64,000 nt of DNA, taken from contig CM082590.2 in assembly GCA_040954595.2 (NCBI GenBank), positions 744,001 to 808,000 of the forward strand, given 5' to 3'. The DNA comes from Balanoglossus misakiensis. Taxonomy: Eukaryota; Animalia; Hemichordata. A program made the position numbers and the translations under genes. Positions 1 through 14,170 of the stretch are shown piece after piece (position 1 is the stretch's first letter; each line of letters opens with the position of its first letter). The notes under the pieces were generated by a model. The model was given only the letters and a program-made list of their open reading frames with translations. It did no database searches and was not told the origin of the DNA.

Positions 1-1569
1 ATTGAAGAAGTCCCTCCATCACCTTATGGAGATTAGTCGAGTCAAATCTACTCAATCCGTTGTTTGGATTTTCAAACAAATGGTCGTTGAAACAAGGAGA
101 TCGTCTCGGCGTTATCTATTGCTTCAATAACTTATTCTGAGAGTGTGCCTTTAACATGGTAATATATTTAAATACCAATCCAAGAAATCTATGTTGAACT
201 ATAACGCCCGTTGTCAAATCTTCATACATTTATCATACATGGCGTGTGTTACAAGTTGACTTTCTCCATCAAAATGAAGCTTCTGAAATAAAATTCGTCA
301 AGTCTTTTATTTTATTTTAAAGAGGAAATAATCCAATGTTCTATTTAGTAAAATATGAGAAAAGGTCTAAGACTTTATTTTTTCTCCAGACGCAACGAAC
401 TTAATTTACTGTAAGCAGCCATTCCAGTAATATGTCGTTTGATTATATAGTTGGACGTTTCCTTTTTCGGGTGTTTTACTAACCATTCTTATTTGGATAT
501 TGAACAATACAATGTACATTGGTAACTTGGAAAAGCTTATCTCACATGTCATACAACATGTCACTCCTCCGAAGGAACATATAGATCTGATAATTAGTAG
601 ACGCAGCATTAAGAGTAATTTGCATATTTGTTTCTATGGTCAATACTTCAAGAACGTCTAAATCACTTTTCCTTGAAATTTGGCAGGAAGATACTTTGGA
701 TGAATATCTCCCGACTTTACAATTTATGTATGTGCTCGATTGAAGGATTACAAGCACCAAGTTCGGAACGGCTAAGATTTTCTTCGAGAAGAATGCGGCA
801 ACCTTTCAAATTCATCTGTAATATTGATAACAAAATCACATATCGAAGTAGATAAGTTTTCTGTGACTATAAAGTGTGTAAATATCAATTTGAGTATCGC
901 TTTTATTTCATCTAAGTAGTGTAAATGCCTTATAGCCAATAAACAAGTAGAATATGACATAGTATCCTTAATTCTTTGCAATTAAAATAATCACCAATGG
1001 GCCCCGTCCACCAAGTGATGTCGAACAGATTTTCTGTCTGTTTCTGTCAACTCGGTATTTCAAGAAGCGCCGTTGAAGAGATTAAAGTTAAATTTGGTAT
1101 ACGGGTACAGTATAGAAGATTTGAGTTGTTTGGCATGAATTGGCATATCAATGATATTCTCAATCTGATAATGCTTGTCTTTGGGAAGTGCATTGGGGAT
1201 TAAAGTTTGTTTTCCTGTGGTTTACCCTGTTGCGTTGAGTTTGACACTACACTTTGCTGGAATGATACGTCATCTTCTTGGAATTCAATGTAGTTTCTGT
1301 TTTTCCTACATGTTCACTCGCTGACATAGGCACTGATGTTATGTAAAGCTAGTAATACCCGGCCACAGCTGTTAATCCAGATAGAACCTCTCATACAGAT
1401 TTCTACAGATTTCTTTTACCCATTCTGCGTAGAAGAGAAATCCCCATATAAAGGCCAAATAGTCCTGTTTCATAAGTCAGGTACATGACATATGTACCGA
1501 CATCTGTGATTGGTAGATCTGGTAATCTTAGGTCCACTTGCGGCATGCTGATTGGAGGGACCTTATGTG

Positions 1570-1800
1570 TTAGGTCTTATTATTATGTATTATTCATTAG
1601 ACCTTGTAGGTTAGGTCTTATTACTATGTATTATTCACTGTACAGCTCCCTGATCGGTGAATGTGTAGGTCTGGTCCTCCAGTGTTCACTGCCTCATTAT
1701 GCAGGAGCTTGTAGGTTTGGTCTTATTAATATGTATTTATTCAATTTTCAGCTCCCTGATTGGTTAATGTGTAGGTCTCCAGTTTTCACTGCCTCGTTAT
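1570..1800. repeat. Degenerate ~105-bp direct repeat
   Basis: ttgtaggtt(a/t)ggtcttatta..cagctccctgat..aatgtgtaggtct occurs twice, plus a partial third copy. Confidence 0.55.
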
Positions 1801-2599
1801 GCAAAATTGTTTGTGCTTTCTGAATACATTTGTCGTATACTGTCTGGCATGCTGCCTGCGCGTGGTCGAAGCTCGACCCCAGTGTATAAAGAAAGGCACT
1901 CATATAATGATTGGATTTCACCTTTTCCTTTACTATTCATGGCATTTTATGTGATACTGTGAACTAGATACTCGAAATAAAAATTGCCAGGAGAATTTTT
2001 TTTATTTTATTTCCAGTGGCGGTTTGTTGAAATAGGCTAGTGTTTTGTTACGTAATGCCATTCAGCACATCACTTCGTGTAACACCTGGCTGAATACGAA
2101 GTGTGTGCTATTCATTCGAGCAAACCAAAAATAAATCAACTAATGAGTGTCCCAAAGCAATGCAATGGTTTTCTAAGCATTTCTATTGTAAGATATTTTT
2201 GGTTTGCGTTCCTTGAGCACATGGAAGAACGAGGCCAGGAACGCTCGAAAGTGAGGCAGGAACAAGAACTTAAGGCAGCCAATGAATGAGCTGCATTCGG
2301 AACTGTAAATACTAATGAGACGAAAGGACGTATAGGCAGCCAATGACTGAACGGAACGGGGACATAGGGACATTAGAGCTACCAATCACCGTGAGCGACG
2401 CAGGGGTTTAGGACACAAATTTTGGTCCCAAATGAAATACGTCTATTAAAACACTATGTGCAAATCCGACACATGGTTTTCAAAAATAGGGGGATTTTTT
2501 TTTGCTGGCACTTCAGATAGCGCGTGTACGAGAATGGAGGATTATGGGAAATAGAATGCATCTCTACAGTTTACCTACGAGTTCGAAAAGTACCGTGGA

Positions 2600-2790
2600 C
2601 GATATCGACAAGCGTGTGTAGGTTTCTCTACACGCACATTTTTGCAAAAACTAAACAGGCGTGTGTAGGTTTCAAACTTACACCCACCATTTTGCAAAAG
2701 GCGTGTGTAGGCAAACCTACACACACCTTGCGGCCGATATCGACAAGCGTGTGTAGGTTTCAAACTTACACGCACCATTCTGCAAAAGGC
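2600..2790. repeat. Short internal tandem repeats (gcgtgtgtaggtttcaaacttacac), probably inside a non-autonomous element
   Basis: Four imperfect copies; gatatcgacaagcgtgtgtaggttt occurs at ~2601 and ~2736. Confidence 0.6.
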
Positions 2791-3783
2791 ACCAATTTGA
2801 CATTGTGAAGATATTCTAATACCCAAGTGCAGATCCCACGGTAGTTGTATCAGATATTGATCTATACCCAAGAGATTGTTCATTTAAGGTAGCTTGAGGG
2901 GTTCTTGATTACATATTTTGACCGAAATGTTTTACGTCAAACAATGTTTTACAGCAAAAACCTATAGGCTTATATCAATGCAAAGCTATTTCTGTGAATA
3001 TAAATTATTTCTGAGTCACGTAAATTTGAAGAATTGACACACGGGAGAAAGATATTGTAAACTAGCTTAAAGTTATAGTTGCAGGGGCTTCAAGAATTGA
3101 AATGCAAAGATTGCGCGATTTTCACTTTTGTTCAGCGATATTCAAATCAAAATGTGAGTATCGTCCTTCTGTGAATCACTCCGGGGGGGGGGGGATTAAC
3201 AATTGATTGAAGAGCATCTGAAGGAACCTTCAAGGACGCAGGCCGGACAGAGCAGTATGAGAAAACGTATTGGTATGCGGTCATATGCAAATATAAGGGC
3301 AATGCGTTTAATAATTAATGCAATCGATATTCGGTTTTGCTTTAATATGTCTTTCCCCATCATGTGCTCACCCTGTAATACCTTTTCAACTTTATGTTCC
3401 TCTCATGGCTTCACGATTGTACGAAGATTGTATCGTCTGCTGAACAGGAAAGTAAATGTATTCTAATTTAAGGACATTTTGTGGCCAAGATGCGTACTGG
3501 TCTCTGTGCGGTTATTACATGTAACTTACAGAAAAGAAAGACAGATATACGTAATGACCAAATCCAGAATGACGTTTTCAACATAGCTTTATATATGAAT
3601 TCGTGTAAAAGTAAGCCTTCATTTCTGCAATGAAGTTGCCAACAAGTGCAACACTGCAATACCAAGACGTTGTATTTTCATCGATCGGTGTTCTAGTGAC
3701 CATGATTGTCCGATAATAATAACCGAGTTAAGAGCCATCGATCGGTAGCGCAAGGGAAACAAGAGTAACTTTCTCTGTAAACT

Positions 3784-6700
3784 ATGGCGTCAACTGCACA
3801 GTTTTTACTGCTGGTTTTAGCGCTGCTTGGATCGGTCGCCAAGTCGGTGGGATGGGGAGCCGTGAGTATATGACTGTTAGTGTATTAGGGCCCGTGAAGA
3901 ATTACTGTGAATTTAGTAAATATTTTGTAGGTAAACAAAATGATGTTGTGTACTGTTGTCAAAATGCTTTTGAAATTCTCAGTACAGGCGTATAGTTAAC
4001 GCAATCTCTCTATTATGGGGTGGGGGTTGAGCAGTATGTCCATTATCGTATAGAATTTCAAGGCAATTCGTGCATTCTTTTAGAGTAAGCGTGGCACAGA
4101 CAAATAATTAAGAAGTTTAACCATAAAACTGTGTTATGTTCAGTACATATCGGATTTATGATGTCCACACTGTTTTAATTTAATTTAATTTACTCGTCTT
4201 CATTTCCGGGGCAGGGGTGAACACGTATATCTTTGGACTCGTGAGATGCCTGTACGGTAGTTTTCCAAGCATTCACTGTCGACGTCGCAATTTTGCACTT
4301 CTAAACTTTCACTAAAGAGAGGAAGGGCGTATCGGTTCAAACGCAAATGATTGAGTTTGTGTGTCGTGCGCGTCTTTTAATTGTCCAAAACCGCTTGTGA
4401 GTATTATAGGCTTTAGTGAGAGTAAAACAGTCGGAATTGTTGGTTTAAACCCATTTGAAAACCCATTTCTGTGACGTTTTCACGCTTCTGAAAAGAAACT
4501 GTTCTCACGATAGTGTAAGTGTATGAATTGTGCTCAATGGCGTAGAAGGAAACAACGACCTAGTGTATAAACCAGAAAAGGCATTTTATTTCATGTATTC
4601 TATTAAACCCCACTACACCATTGATCACTAACACAAGCACGCTACTAAATAAACATTGTTTAAATGCGACTTCATCTCGGATTTTAACTAGGGCGACAGG
4701 CTAGATCGGCTGAGGCTCTAAAAAAGATGGCACCGGGGAGAAAAAGATGAAAAATGGTTGGCCATAGGTAACTTTTCCAACCGTCACAACTTTTTTAATT
4801 TGCTGTACATGAATACATTGAAGACATGAATCATGATGCCGAGAAAGTCTGATTATTTGAGACTACGGCTGCCCATGAAAGGGGCCACACATGCATAAAA
4901 CAACGTAATAAAATGGCCACTAGGCATGTCATTTTGGACGCTACAAATCATGTAGGTGATCCAAAATGTAGCCATAATAACGTAGGCTGCATCAAGCAAA
5001 CAGTTTACATTTACCTGTACACCCATGTGTATTGGTTGCATACATGTCAATCGGACAGTTACTAAGGACGCTCTTTAACTATAGGTCTCGTGTGATTTAC
5101 AACACCACACAAAAGTTGTGATGTTCAGAAAGGTTACTCTTAGCTACGAAATGCACATCACTGTCTGCGCGTTATACTAACGATCAGAGAATAAATCTGG
5201 AAACACCGAAATAATAAAACAACATAACGAGCAGTTTGAATAAAAGATGACTAAACCTGCAACGAACATCACAAAAGAACACTGGTTAAAAAGACAGGTT
5301 TGTTTAGCACGCTTAATAATCCTAATTATATATTACAAATCTAAAGTGTGGTACCCGTACAGAATTTTTTTTTTGGTCGTACTGGTTATTAAACTTTCCT
5401 TTTTGATCCGTGTGGTCGCTCTGTCACATTGAGTAGCTAAGAGGAGAACCACGAGATAGACCATTTTCATGACCCAACCCTACATGACCTTGAAATCCCG
5501 TACTTCTGTACGAATTCATGAGTTTGACCAAAATTCCACAGAACTCCAAAAATTGTAACTGTAGTCAAAGAAATACGAATTGAATTAGCAAGGCGACTTT
5601 TTTCGAGCATTTTTAAAACAAATTTCTTATATCAAAATGTTGAATTTTGACAACCTCATGCCACCGGAGGTACAAAAATCTAAGGTCATGTAAGTTACAT
5701 AAAAGTGACCCATTGTTTCTGTTATACTGCTGGGGCATTAGGTGTAAGTTTTGAGTTTATTTCCAATATTTTTGTTCTGGTAGCAAATGTGATGTCTTGC
5801 TCTACTCCGAACAACATGAAATATACCCAGTACACCGCTTGTCAACATAGCCTGCGTGTGTAAAGATTGTTGTTATTGTTGACAGATGAATTTTTTACCG
5901 GAATTGAATTCAAAATGACTCAATAACAACTAACTATAAATATATAGGTTTTGTTAATAAGCTGGACACTAGGCGTTACATCATGTCTCAGGCATTTTAA
6001 AAAGAAACTGAAAAAAATGCAAAAAGTTACAGCTAATGGGGCTTATGTAACAATATCTCTTATTGGCTAGGCTTGTTCAGGTGGGCCACCTGGACCACCA
6101 GGCCCTCCAGGACCACCTGGTCCCGCAGGAGAAGCTGGTCAGGGTGAACTGATGGAATACCAAAACTGGCGACAGTGTACGTATTGGGAGCAGACGGGAA
6201 CAGACAACGGACTAATAAAGGTTTGTATTGACAAAAAACTCTCAACACCAATCCACTTTACTTTGAGTTTTGCTCATTCAATTTTTCCCAGTCTCCATAG
6301 CAAAACTGCACATTAAATGAAATCATAAGTAACTAATTTGCAATAAAAGTATTATAAAAATCTTATAAATCCCCTTATTTTTGCAGCTAGTTACTCATTT
6401 GCATATTTTTTCCTGGAAAAGATGGATAACACAGTGCTTTGATGATTGCCAATGGTTTCCAAATTGACCACACCATACTTGGGCGGGTGGTCCTCGACAT
6501 GTATCTGTGAAATTGATATTGATTGACGAGTTTGCAGGTAGCAACAGGTATATAGAAAAGATGCATAAATTAAAGTATAGTCAGTTTCATGTAGATATGG
6601 GCACGTTGCTGGATAAAACTAATTGCTGCCATTATTTTTCTATACAGACATGTACTTTTAAAAAGTTATATTCAAGTACTTCACTCTATGTTGCCTTTGG

Positions 6701-8195
6701 TGGTAACATGCGCACATACGGTTGCAGTGGATGCTGTATGCGTTGGTTCTTCCGCTTCAATGGAAATGAATGTAGCAATCCATACGCTGTCGATGGCATA
6801 ATCTATCAGGCTAATACAAACTACATCAATTTACATCGACATTACAACGTTGAAGGTGAGTTGGACCTTCCACTGATAAAGCCCTGGTTTTGGCCGTGTT
6901 TTCACGCACGGTGGATAATGTCGTAGTGATGTCCGTCCGTCTGTCCGTCGTTCTGTCTGTCGTTGTCTGTCTGCCTGCCTGTCGGTCTGCCTGTATACCC
7001 GCCTATCTGTCTGTCTATCTTTTTGACTGCCTGCCTGTCTGTCTGCATGCCTGTTTGTCTGCCTGCTTGACTGTCTGTCTGTCTGCCCGTCCGCCTACCT
7101 GTTTGTCTCCATTTTTGTCTGAGCTGAGCAAAGGTTTCACCGTTGCACAACAAGCAGGAAAATATTTAACAGGAACACGATGAAAATCAGCTACAATTGC
7201 ATGAACATCACGAATCAAATCATAGACAGTCACAACAAACGCATCCTGAAATCCCATAGCAACAGCGATACCGCCGAGGCCAGTAACGTCAAGTTCTGCA
7301 ACTGCCGACAAAAAGATAAATGTCCGCTCTATGGCAACTGCCACCAAAGCTCCGTCATCTACCAGGCCACAGTTCCGTGCACGGACAACAACGCCTCGGA
7401 TACATACGTTGGGCTAACCAAGAACGACTTCAAGACAAGATACAGAAACCACACTTCATCTTTCCGACTCGCATGCTCTGGGAATTCCACCGAACTCGGC
7501 AAACATATTTGGACTCTGAAGGACAACGACATCGCCCACACTATTTCATAGAAAATCCTAGCCAAACCATACGACAGCGCTAACAAACGGTGCAACCTCT
7601 GCTTAACAGAGAAATTTATTATCATTCGCAACCCAGCAATTTCCACACTCAATAAAAGAACGAACTCGTGTCCTCTTGTCGACACAGACACAAAGCATTG
7701 TTACGCAACAGTTAAATCTAGACACGCCTCACGCAACCCACTCCTCTCCCTGTACGTATGTTAATTTCAAATCAGCAAGAGTATAGTACCAGCTACACAT
7801 TGTTATGCAAAACTGCCCACCCCAACCTGCATGCATGCTTGTTTGTTTCTTTGTTTGTTAGTTTGAACGGATAGATGGATGGACGGATGCATGGATAAAA
7901 TTGTCATAAAATATCTGCGTCTGTTTGTAAAATACAGGTTGCCCAGGCAACCTCTTGCACAACATTACGTTTCCTGCGTGACACGCAATTTACAGACTAT
8001 GTGAGCACATTCGGTTTACATCTCTTGTTTGTTTCCTCTACTGTAGGATACTGTAATGGGATATCAGCTGGTGATGTTGACGTCAGCTATTATGTTGGAG
8101 CTTGTTCTGGTTTTGGGTACTACGATGCATACACTGGATGGAACAGTGTCTCGCGTATCATTATACAGGAAGTCTCTGCTTCTCCATATGACTGA
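3784..8195 (+). CDS. CTHRC1: CTHRC1-like secreted protein, copy 1 (4 exons, ~194 aa)
   Basis: Exons 3784-3861 (signal peptide MASTAQFLLLVLALLGSVAKSVGWGA), 6071-6220 (GPP x4-GPA-GEA, then NWRQC), 6648-6855 (TCTFKK..SLYVAFGGNMR..CCMRWFFRFNGNECSNP..NLHR) and 8047-8195 (GYCNGI..DAYTGWNSVSRIIIQEV). All introns are GT-AG with compatible phases (0,0,1) and the frame is open. Confidence 0.92.
6930..7110. repeat. Degenerate (CTGT/CTGC)n microsatellite
   Basis: Visible tetranucleotide array in intron 3 of CTHRC1-like copy 1. Confidence 0.85.
7130..7715 (+). mobile_element. Penelope-like retroelement fragment (GIY-YIG endonuclease end), degraded
   Basis: MKISYNCM..HNKRIL..CNCRQKDKCPLYGNC..VIYQATV..YVGLTKNDFKTRYRNHTSSFR..TELGKHIWTLK..*KILAKPY..KRCNLCLTEK..LNKR matches the PLE GIY-YIG C-terminus; it contains an in-frame stop. 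Confidence 0.85.
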
Positions 8196-9349
8196 TGCAC
8201 AAATGCTGCATAAAATAAGATCCTAGATATAATTTTTTTGATATATTTGTAACTTTTGTGAGTCGTAGTTAAAGTTCGCCTGTTGTCCCTCCCGCGGTTC
8301 CATGATTTTGTGTGTGAACGATGGACATTACCCACAAAAGCGTATGATTGCAGTAGTTTAAAAATAACATACGGTGCCATTATTTAAGTGCGCATACTAT
8401 ACTTTTTCGGTCTTCTTACCTGCATGCTTGCAACTTTTTGCTTAATAGCACACGCCCCTTGCACGATTAACAACATGAGCTGCATGAAAAGCATTGTGCA
8501 GGTGATAACTTGAAATACTGTATCCGTTTCAGTCCTGTAAACACACTGTAATCATTATCGTTCAATATAAGCAACTGGACATATTCAAGAAAGAAATACT
8601 GAGCTTTAGTTATTCTAGTCATGTCATATTAGGATATTAAAGCATGATAAATTTTGAACCATAGGCCCATAAATTTTATGAACAGCTGTTCCAGTTTCCT
8701 TAATGAAATTTAAACCAATGGGATTTGTAAATATGCACGTATCATGAAGATTTCTGTATACAGTAGCCATTATTCATCTATAAACATATTTTCCACTGAA
8801 TTCTTGTTTCTACAGTTTTTATATGTGAATGAGACTTTTCATAGAATGAAAGAAAAGAAGAGCGATTACCATTATCATGCACGAGGGCAGCGTATTATTT
8901 CATGCTGTTTAGAAACTATTTTCTCTCCTCGAATAAACGGAACGTCTGGGAATAAGTATTGCATCTAACAGTATAAATGATTGAAATCTTTCCCCAACAA
9001 CACCGTGTGGTTCAAAAGACGAGGGTTCCCACATTTATTCAAGTCTGAGTCGAGGATAGACCAAAATATCTCAAATTTCTTCCACAAGCTACACATATTT
9101 TGTTTTTATAAATTGCACGTATAAATGCCGCATTGTTTCTGACATGACAAAAGATGAAGAAAAAACCCTGCCACTTTTAACATATTGTTTATAACTAAAA
9201 AACCACAGTCTTCTTCTGACGGACGACTACACCAAATTGGGCCGAATTTTACCAAAACCACCCTGGGCCAAATATACCAATATCAGGGAATCAAACAAGG
9301 TCTTATAATAATTATTACACAAGGGAAACACTTGCCACGTTCGAAAGCA

Positions 9350-12300
9350 ACTGATAATTAAAGCTGCAAACAGCATTGAAGGGGCCCAAGCATAGAGATA
9401 ATAACCAGTAGACTCAGGGTTGTACCATTCAAATGCGTAAGCTGTATTTGCTCTGGATGTGGAGATATGGGGAAGTAGGCAACCACCCGAAATGGATGTC
9501 CTACAAGTACAAACACAACAACCAAAAGTGAACTTCTACGTTAAGTAAGTACTTCAGTAAGTACTTCAAAGGTCAGCTGAGGGTACTCAAACATTTGGCC
9601 AAAATTTGGATTCCTATTTGGTTCATATTCAAGACAACGGAAAATCGTCGCCCTTTGGGTTTGTCAAATTAGGTATGGCCATAATAATAATTATGAGTTA
9701 CGCAAGTAAGTTACAGGTGGCCCCAGGAATTTAGCATTTCATGAGGGTCCTACCCTACCCCTCCAAACACCTGGCTATACATGTATATGCTGTGCATGTT
9801 AATATATGGAAATCAGGTCAATGGACACCTGGGGTCACCCAAAATTTGACAATTTTTTTTTATTCCTGTTTATGTCATGTGCAACAAATCCTACATTTGC
9901 AGCCCTTTCACTTTGCCTACCATTAGGTATGCACGTAATACATGAATCAAGCAGGTGTCCCCCTGTATTTGGCATTTCATGATAGCTTCATCCCTCCAAA
10001 TACCAAAGCTGCACCTGTACAACGTGCTGAGATATGGCACTGTACGACAGAGGTCATCCAAATCACCTTATACATTTGGGCAAAAATCAACTGACACTTA
10101 CATTCGTCCCTGTGGAACAAAACCGCACCTATCGCCCTGTTGGTTAGTGTCCAATTAAATGCACAAAATCAACGACTTAGGCAGGTGCAACAGGTGACCC
10201 CGCCGGGCGTATTATTTTGGTCCCATACAGCTGCATGTAGCTCCGTTACGGGCAACCTGATAACCCCTACGGCCATCTGCGGGCCGACCCCAACACTGAA
10301 TGTCCAGTTGCAACGGCAACAAAGCCTGATCTCTGATTATTGCTGGTACCATACTCCCTTCGTGCAAGAAAATCACTGGTCTGCTTACGTATTTCGGCCA
10401 ATTTCCCGTACTACTATCCACTAAATGTGACTACCATGCTAATGCAACCTCCCACAACATTAGCGACAGAGGGTCAAAGTCTGCTGCCGCAATGCTAACC
10501 AGTGTAGCCGGGTCTGCATAGACATATTTGAACGGCAACAGCTAACAAACTCAGCGTAATTCAATAAAACGCCCTAACACAGCCTGAACTCCGAATGTGT
10601 GTTGTCCAAAAATTCATTCCGTGGGAAATAATTACTGGTCTGTTTACGTATTACGATTTTCCAAGGACTACTGCAACCCGCCTGCTAATGAGACCTCCAC
10701 AACATTACGTAATGACGGTCAAAGTCCGATGCCCCAGTGTTCGTCCTCAGCCTACCAAATAATGCGAAAAATATTATAAAATCTTCTTCTCAAAATCGAC
10801 GTGGCCTACGACCTTGAAATTTGGCACAGGGGATTTTGGCCACATGGTCTGCAAAAATCGCGAAAAGAATGTACATGCCCCCATTAACGTGCAAATTAGG
10901 TCAATTTGAAAATTTCGCGTGATTATAGCCACCAAGTCACGTGACTAATTACAAATTCAAATGGCAGGTGCACCAGTACTCATGGGCCCCAACAACCGTG
11001 CCAAGTTTCATGCGCACAGAGGCAAGGGTTTCTGAGAAAAGTACGGCCGAAAAAACGACTCAAGAAGAAAGAAGAAATATAGCTGCAAGCAGCGATGACG
11101 GGCACAAGCTTAAGCCGAAGGTCAAAGGTCATATGTGGTCACCCAAAAATTGGGCAAAAAGTTTTGACCCCCATACTAGTCAAGGTCCAACAGAAACCAG
11201 ACCTCTAGCCCTATTGGTTTGTCTGAAATTAGATATGCGCATAATTTATGATGTAAAGTGTAAGACTCTATCAATAGTTCGATCCATCCAAACACAAATG
11301 CTGTGCCTGTTCTGTATGCCAAGATATAGGAAAGTAGGTCAAAGGTCACCTGAGGCCATCCGAAAGTTGGGCAAAATTTTTTGACCCCATACCAGTCCAG
11401 GTCCAACAAAAATCAGGCCTCTAACCCTATTGGTTCGCCTAGAATTAGATATGCACATAATTAATGAGGTAAAGTATAAGGCTTCATTAGGAGTTCCATG
11501 CCTCCAAATGCCAAGGCTGTATCTGCGCTGGTTGCCGAGATATGGTAAAGTAAGTCAAAGGTCACCTGAGGTCACCCAAAATTGGGCAAGAAATTTTAAC
11601 CCCATACTGGTCCATGTTCATGTAACCGGCTCTTCGCGACGGAAATAGTGCAGGCCGCAAGGGAACTCAGCCAAATTAATTTCTCGAGCGGGGGCCACAG
11701 GGGTTCTTCGTTTGGAGTTGACTTACAGGTTCGCAACAACAGGGAGCAGGGTGTGAAATGAGAAACTACCACACTCTCATGTATTGTTGAACAGGATGTA
11801 TTAACTAATACAACACCTACAGTGTTGACCGACAACTATATCAAACTCAACTTACAATATTTTGCAGTAAAACTCTCAAAAGGATTACTGACAAACTATG
11901 GCTTCAAAATCAAACACACACTACACATGATATGAAAATATCAGCATCGATTCTCCAAGAAATCTCTGATCAAGTCAAAATGTTCACAGAAATAAATGTC
12001 TCTCTCCCTGCAGAACTTTACCGTAGTCACACATAAAAAAAGTTCAAACGCGACTCAACGTCCTGACTGATACACACGTGACGAAACTCGATGTCGGTCA
12101 CACTCAGGAAAGTCCGTGACGAGGCGCGGATGCCAGGCTACGACCTTCGGATCAACATCAGTGGGCGTGGTCGCTTCACGGATGTCACTCGGGCGCTCGG
12201 CAAACTTCGTGTAATCGTCCAGCTCCGGTAATAAGAACACGATTACATCCGGGACACTCCTACACAGTCTATTGTTCATCAATCGGCAAAATTCACTGGA

Positions 12301-14170
12301 ATCGTCCCAGGAACGTTCAAAGGACGAAATAAGCACTGCTCATGAAAGCACAGAATGTCAATAAACCAACACCAACTCACTACGAAATGTCTGTCTTCAC
12401 TCCCGACGGGCAACATCCAAATCCTCCGCAGGCCTCTACACAAACAGTTCAGCCTTCCCTGCGTCACGTGCGCGAAATCCGCCTACTCACATGTGATGAT
12501 TCCGAACGACTATATCCCTGCGAAAACAGTCCATCCCGGGACAATACGGCATCTACCTAGGCATCGGACCCGGCGGGAGTCTGCCTCGAAGTAGCAGGTC
12601 CGTCGTTACACTCACCACGCCAAAACACCTCGATCAAAAATCCGCATCGGCGATCAAACTCATCATTGACGCCATACTCAAGTTCTAGAAAGTTTTTCCG
12701 AAAAACAGACCCCCTAGCTAGGTCGTATTACATACAAATCCCTTGCTAGTCGTCATATACCGGTACTAAATACCATGGCAAAATATGCGGGCTACATTCA
12801 ACAAAAATCAAACCTCTAGCCCTAATGGTTAGCCTGGAATTAGGTATGCACATAATTAATGAGATAAGCAGGTGTCACAGGTGACCACCATTTTTGGCTT
12901 TTCAATTTTCGTCCCAACCCTGCAAACGCGAAGTCTGTACCTGCTCTGGATGCCGATATATTGAGAAGTAGGTCAAAGGTCACCTGAGGTCATCCGAAAT
13001 TTGGGCAAAAAATTTTGATCCCATACTGGTCCATGTCCCACAAGAACAAAACCTCTAGCCGCATTAGTTAGCCTGGAATTAGGTATGCACATAATTAATG
13101 AGTTAAGCAGGTGTTACAGGTGAGCCCAAAATTTTGCCTTTTATTGTGGTTCCATTCTGCTCACGGGCCAATAGAGAGTCACTGTACAGGACCATTGCAC
13201 AGCCGACGTGGACATAGCATCATAGCTTAACTATAGAAAGAATAGGCCTATGGCTGGGTCCAAAAATATGAAAAATAAAAAAAATCTTCTTCTCAAAATA
13301 GACTTGGCCCACGGTCTTGACATTTGGCATGTAGGACACTGACCACATGGTTCGCAAAAATCGCTAAAAGAATTTTGATATCTCCATTCATATGCAAATT
13401 AGTCCCATTTGAAAACTTACCCATATATGGTCATCAGGTCACATGAGTTATTAAACATTCACGAGGGTACTGCACCAGCTCTCATAGGCCTGCACCACTG
13501 TGCCAAGTTTGAGATTTGTAGGTTCAGCCGTTTTCAAGATCAAAGTGGCCGAATAAACTGCACAAGAAAAAAAATCAGTAGAAGAAAAAAGCCAACAATA
13601 CCAATAGGGCACAAGCGCCTGAGGGCGCTTGTGCCCTAAATATAGCTGCAAGCAGCGATGACGGGCACAAGCTTTAGCCAAAGGTCAAAGGTCATATGTG
13701 GTCACCCAAAATTTGGGCAAGAAATTTTGACCCCATTCTCGTCCAGGTCCAACAAAAACCAGACCTCTAGCCCTATTGGTTCGCCTGGAATTAGATATGT
13801 ACATAATTAATGAGGTAAAGTATAAGGCTCCATTAGGAGTTCCATGCCTCCAAATGCCAAGGCTGTATCCGCGCTGGTTGCCGAGATATGGTAAAGTAGG
13901 TCAAAGGTCACCTGAGGTCACCCAAAATTGGGCAAGAAATTTTAACCCCATACTGGTCCATGTCCCACAAGAACAAAACCTCTAGCCGTATTAGTTAGCC
14001 TGGAATTAGGTATGCACATAATTTATGAGATAAGCAGGTGTCACAGGTGACCCCAATTTTGTCTTTTTAATTTTAGTCATAACCCTCCAAATGTCAAGTC
14101 TGTACCTGCTGTGGATGCCGAGATATAGGAAAGTAGGTCAAAGGTCACCTGAGGTCACCCAAAATTTTGG
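9350..14170. repeat. Complex tandem/interspersed repeat family built from ~180-bp subunits (aggtcaaaggtcacctgaggtcacccaaaa)
   Basis: The unit head atatagctgcaagcagcgatgacgggcacaagct recurs at ~11077 and ~13640. 11430-11610 is nearly identical to 13776-13960. More degenerate copies lie at 9350-10950. Confidence 0.75.
11621..12796. mobile_element. Solo LTR (Gypsy-type), 1176 bp
   Basis: Starts TGTAACC, ends GGCTACA, and is flanked by a 4-bp direct repeat TTCA (11617-11620 and 12797-12800). Removing it restores the host subunit ggtccatgttcaacaaaaatcaaacctctagcc, similar to neighbouring copies. Confidence 0.85.

Noticed and set aside
6890-7347. ORFs rich in CLPA and QTDR repeats
   Set aside because: They are translations of the CTGT microsatellite.
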